Source of the DNA: Botryllus schlosseri
Lineage: Eukaryota
Assembly (NCBI GenBank): GCA_051294905.1
Contig: CM119372.1
Span: forward strand, 3,040,001-3,104,000
Reading direction: 5' to 3'
Length of the DNA stretch: 64,000 bases
Part shown: one piece after another, positions 60,900 to 64,000 of the stretch
How the letters are laid out: the number at the start of each line of letters is the position of its first letter
How positions within the stretch are numbered: the first letter of the stretch is position 1
Made by a program: the position numbers and the translations under genes
Notes under the pieces: generated by a model
Seen by the model: the letters and a program-made list of their open reading frames with translations, nothing else
What the model was told of the DNA's origin: nothing
Databases searched by the model: none

Positions 60900-61395
60900 T
60901 GTATATAGTTGAAACAAAGAAAAGGCAATGAGACCGCTTACAAATCTCTGGAAATTAGTCTTACGTTCATTTTCGCGAGAAGCCGTTCATCTCAATTGCG
61001 GGATCGTATTTCACTAACATGGTCCAGAATCGTGCCCAGCCTATTCTTGGCTGAAAGCAGTCTGGAATAGGCCTCGTTATCGTTGGAATTTAAGTCCGGG
61101 ATGTTCCCTCCGAATTGAAATGAGATGACGTATATACAGAAGCGTCGAACTAAATCAAACTTCCTCTGCGGTCGGAATGGCCTTCTTGTCGCAAATTGCG
61201 ACGCTATTTGAATCCCCGAATCTCCCGCTTTTCGCTCAATATTTGTATGTTTGAGGTACACATGGTGTTTGTAGAATACTATGGTCATTTGCACCAGGCC
61301 AATTTCTTCATTTTTATTCCGTAACTGCCGACTTGTAGGGTTTTATAGGACACCGCTTACGCCGATGATATGGCGACGAGGAGCCTAGATAACCT

Positions 61396-61748
61396 AGGGT
61401 TACCATGCGTCCTCCTTTAGGAGGATTTGTTCCCCTTTTTCGGGTTTTTGAAAATGTCCTTCTTTTTGAGATTGTGTCCTCTTTTTTGAGAATTTTGGTT
61501 AAACATAGGGCAAAATTCAACTGAGATACAGTAAAACAGCACTGAACTTACGCTCCGTCGGGTATTTCGGGAGCTGAGCCGGAAAGTTCACTATTTTGGA
61601 CGCTGAGCGAGAAAGTTGACCTTTTTTTAGTCAATCGATCACGAAGTGGAAAAAATTCACGATTTTCCTTGATTTTCCTCTTGTATTCCAAGTTTGAAAA
61701 TTTTGAAAAAGTGTCCTCCTTTCCCGATTCCAAAATATGGCAACCCTA
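61396..61748. mobile_element. TAGGGTTACCAT-family hAT MITE
   Basis: TAGGGTTACCAT ... ATATGGCAACCCTA; homologous to 47152-47454. Confidence 0.75.
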
Positions 61749-61849
61749 AAATAAACCTACAACACTTAGGTAGGAATATGCCTAAATCCGAATCTCGCAA
61801 TACAAAAATAAATGTGTCTGTATCAGTGCTTCCCAGCACTGTTCAATTG

Positions 61850-62302
61850 AACAATTGATTTCGGCGGTCACCAAGTGTTATGACACAGTGAAAAACAATG
61901 TGATTTTTACGACAACGCAACTGCTCCCTTCGTAACGTACAGACGTGCTTCCTGCACTTCAATAAAGCAATGTAGCGTACGAATATAAGTGTCACTGTGA
62001 CTGTGGTTACGCAGGAAGAAAGTCGAAGCGTTTGCAGGAACTAATGAAGCAGCATGTTCCTAGATTTATCCGGAACACGTGAATCACGCTCGGTGAAAAG
62101 CTCACGCTTGACTCATCCACTCAAGCTAGAGGCTGAGAGATCAAAGGCCATAAATTCTACCATTGGCAAACATCTGTTGGATGACCCCGATTTTGCAGAA
62201 AATTATCGAGTCATCGGGACAGGCTCTCACAATTTCATTTGTGTACCTTGGAGTCGACCTTTATCAAAATACATCACCCCAAGCTTTGTCCACAGAAGGA
62301 GT
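61850..62302 (+). mobile_element. Decayed Penelope-like fragment, GIY-YIG endonuclease region
   Basis: Aligns with 63835-64000 and continues YAGRKSKRLQELMKQHVP...STIGKHLLDDP...FIKIHHPKLCPQKE, with stops and frameshifts. Confidence 0.85.
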
Positions 62303-62671
62303 TATTATTATTATTATAGATGGTAAAAAATGAAGTGGTGCATATCACCGATAAAGGTCTGGTGCACCACGTGCAAAGTTAATCGTAAAGAATAGTCAAT
62401 TCAGGACAAATACATATGGAAAGGTTGAAAAAATCATAGCAATACGATACAAGAATCCACGAATTCGATGGCAGCCGTAAAAAGTAGCGGGTTATCTCAA
62501 GGTTATAAGTACTGAACGCAAGATGTAGTGCTTCACAATACTGTTTTACCGTACGTCTATGGTGAGCGTATTTACAACATGATAAAATAAAATGTTCGAC
62601 AGTGTCTGCTACGAAAGCAGGAGCTCGTGAACCATCTTCAAATAGTACATTGAACGCCCTCTTCTTTGAGA

Positions 62672-62832
62672 TTTCATTTCATGCTGGGGACGTCATATTT
62701 TGTGATAACTGATAAGATTGTTGATATACAATGTCCTTTCCAATTCTCTACTAGTTGCTGACGATTACCCCTGATGACTGTCAGCCGAAAATATCCGGGT
62801 TCATTTCAATGTGAATATACTATTCAATTGTA
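62672..62832 (+). mobile_element. Penelope-like pLTR in direct orientation, abutting the truncated RT ORF
   Basis: Copy of the ~170-bp repeat. Its hammerhead motif at 62767-62800 has substitutions next to the core. Confidence 0.75.
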
Positions 62833-64000
62833 CCAAAAACTCACAAAGAAAACGTTCCCATGAGACCGATACTCTCCATGATCGGGTCTGCTCAACATCA
62901 ACTGGCAAAATGGCTTATTGGCATCTTGGAACCTGTTCGAGAACTGTACGGCACCGAATGTGTTCGTGATTCGTTCACTTTCGCCAGTGAGATGCGAAAC
63001 CTGAACCTGCCGGATTCAGAAGTGTTCTTGAGCTCATTTGATATCTCTAGTCTCTTTACAAACGTTCCGCTACAAGAGACTATCGATATTTGTGCGAACG
63101 CGCTTTACGGCGGTAAGCTAGCACCACCATCAATGCCGCGTAAAGTTTTTGTCGAACTTTTACAGGCAGCTACATGTTCTGTTGAATTTAGCTTTAACGA
63201 TGTTATCTATATACAAATAGACGGCATATCGATGGGATCTCCCTTGGGACCTATTTTGGCTAACATTTTCGTAGGATTTTATGAGGTCGAGCTTCTCTCC
63301 CAGCGTGTGTCCGTCAAACCGTTGTTGTACCGACGTTATGTAGACGATACTTTTGTCATATTCAGAAATGAGATAGACTGTGATCAATTTCTCATTCACT
63401 TAAACTCGCTTCACCCGGCTCTGCTATTCACAATTGAAAAAGAACGAAATAACTCATTGTCATTTTTGGACGTTTTAGTCGAAAAACATGATACCAATAA
63501 ATTTGAAACATCAATCTTCCGGAAACCGACATTCACTGGCCAATACCTTCGTTGGAATTCATTTAGTCCTAGACGCAGAAAAATCAACCTCATAGGTACC
63601 CTCGTGCATAGAGCGTTGATGATTTGTTCGGGTAATAAACTGAACTCAGAACTTGACAATATCCGGAAAATCTTACTTGATAACGGTTACCCTGAACATG
63701 TCATCAACCGTGGCATAGAGAGGAAGGTAACGCATTTCAATGCAGAAAAGTCAACAGAGCCTACCGAACGAACAACCAAAGATGTTTACATCCATTTACC
63801 TTGGATAGGGCCTATTTCCACCCGCTTTGAAAAGCAATTGATTTCAGCGGTCAATAAGTGTTACGACACAGTGAAGACCAACGTGATTTTCACGACAACG
63901 CAACTGCTCCCTGCAACACGTAAAGACGTGCTACCCGCACTTCAGCAAAGCAATGTAGTTTACGAATTTAAGTGTCACTGTGATTGTGGCTACGTGGGAA
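62833..64000 (+). mobile_element. Penelope-like retroelement, uninterrupted RT plus start of GIY-YIG ORF; 5'-truncated and runs off the window
   Basis: 389 open codons: PKTHKENVPMRPILSMIGS, SFDISSLFTNVP, QIDGISMGSPLGPILANIFV, RYVDDTF, FLDVLV, RKPTFTGQYL, NGYP and SNVVYEFKCHCDCGYVG. Absent from the ORF track because no stop codon is reached. Confidence 0.95.

Overview
Eukaryotic (animal) genomic DNA, AT-rich and very rich in transposons. Gene content and intron style suggest a marine invertebrate, possibly a tunicate, but that is inference. Four protein-coding genes are supported. (1) The 3' seven exons of an INPP5K/INPP5J-type inositol polyphosphate 5-phosphatase with a C-terminal SKICH domain (+, 686-7056). 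(2) An intronless CEP76 (-, 11083-13107). (3) An essentially intronless TMEM237 directly upstream on the same strand (-, 14474-15628), giving an operon-like pair of centriole/cilium genes. (4) An unannotated 8-exon gene (+, 29632-52882, 757 aa, all splice phases consistent). It encodes a signal peptide, a Ly6/uPAR-like three-finger cysteine framework whose third loop holds a ~594-aa cysteine-free, probably helical insert, an S/T-rich stalk and a probable GPI signal; this is the most novel item. The rest is nested mobile DNA: many hAT-type MITEs with 8-bp TSDs, a Kolobok-like element with 328-bp TIRs and an intron-containing transposase remnant, a MULE-like MITE with telomere-like repeats, CR1/L2-like LINE fragments, a tRNA-derived SINE and a fold-back gag fragment. 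Penelope-like elements (one uninterrupted RT/GIY-YIG ORF runs off the right end) have 3' pseudo-LTRs, scattered in about 13 copies, that carry minimal hammerhead ribozyme motifs.
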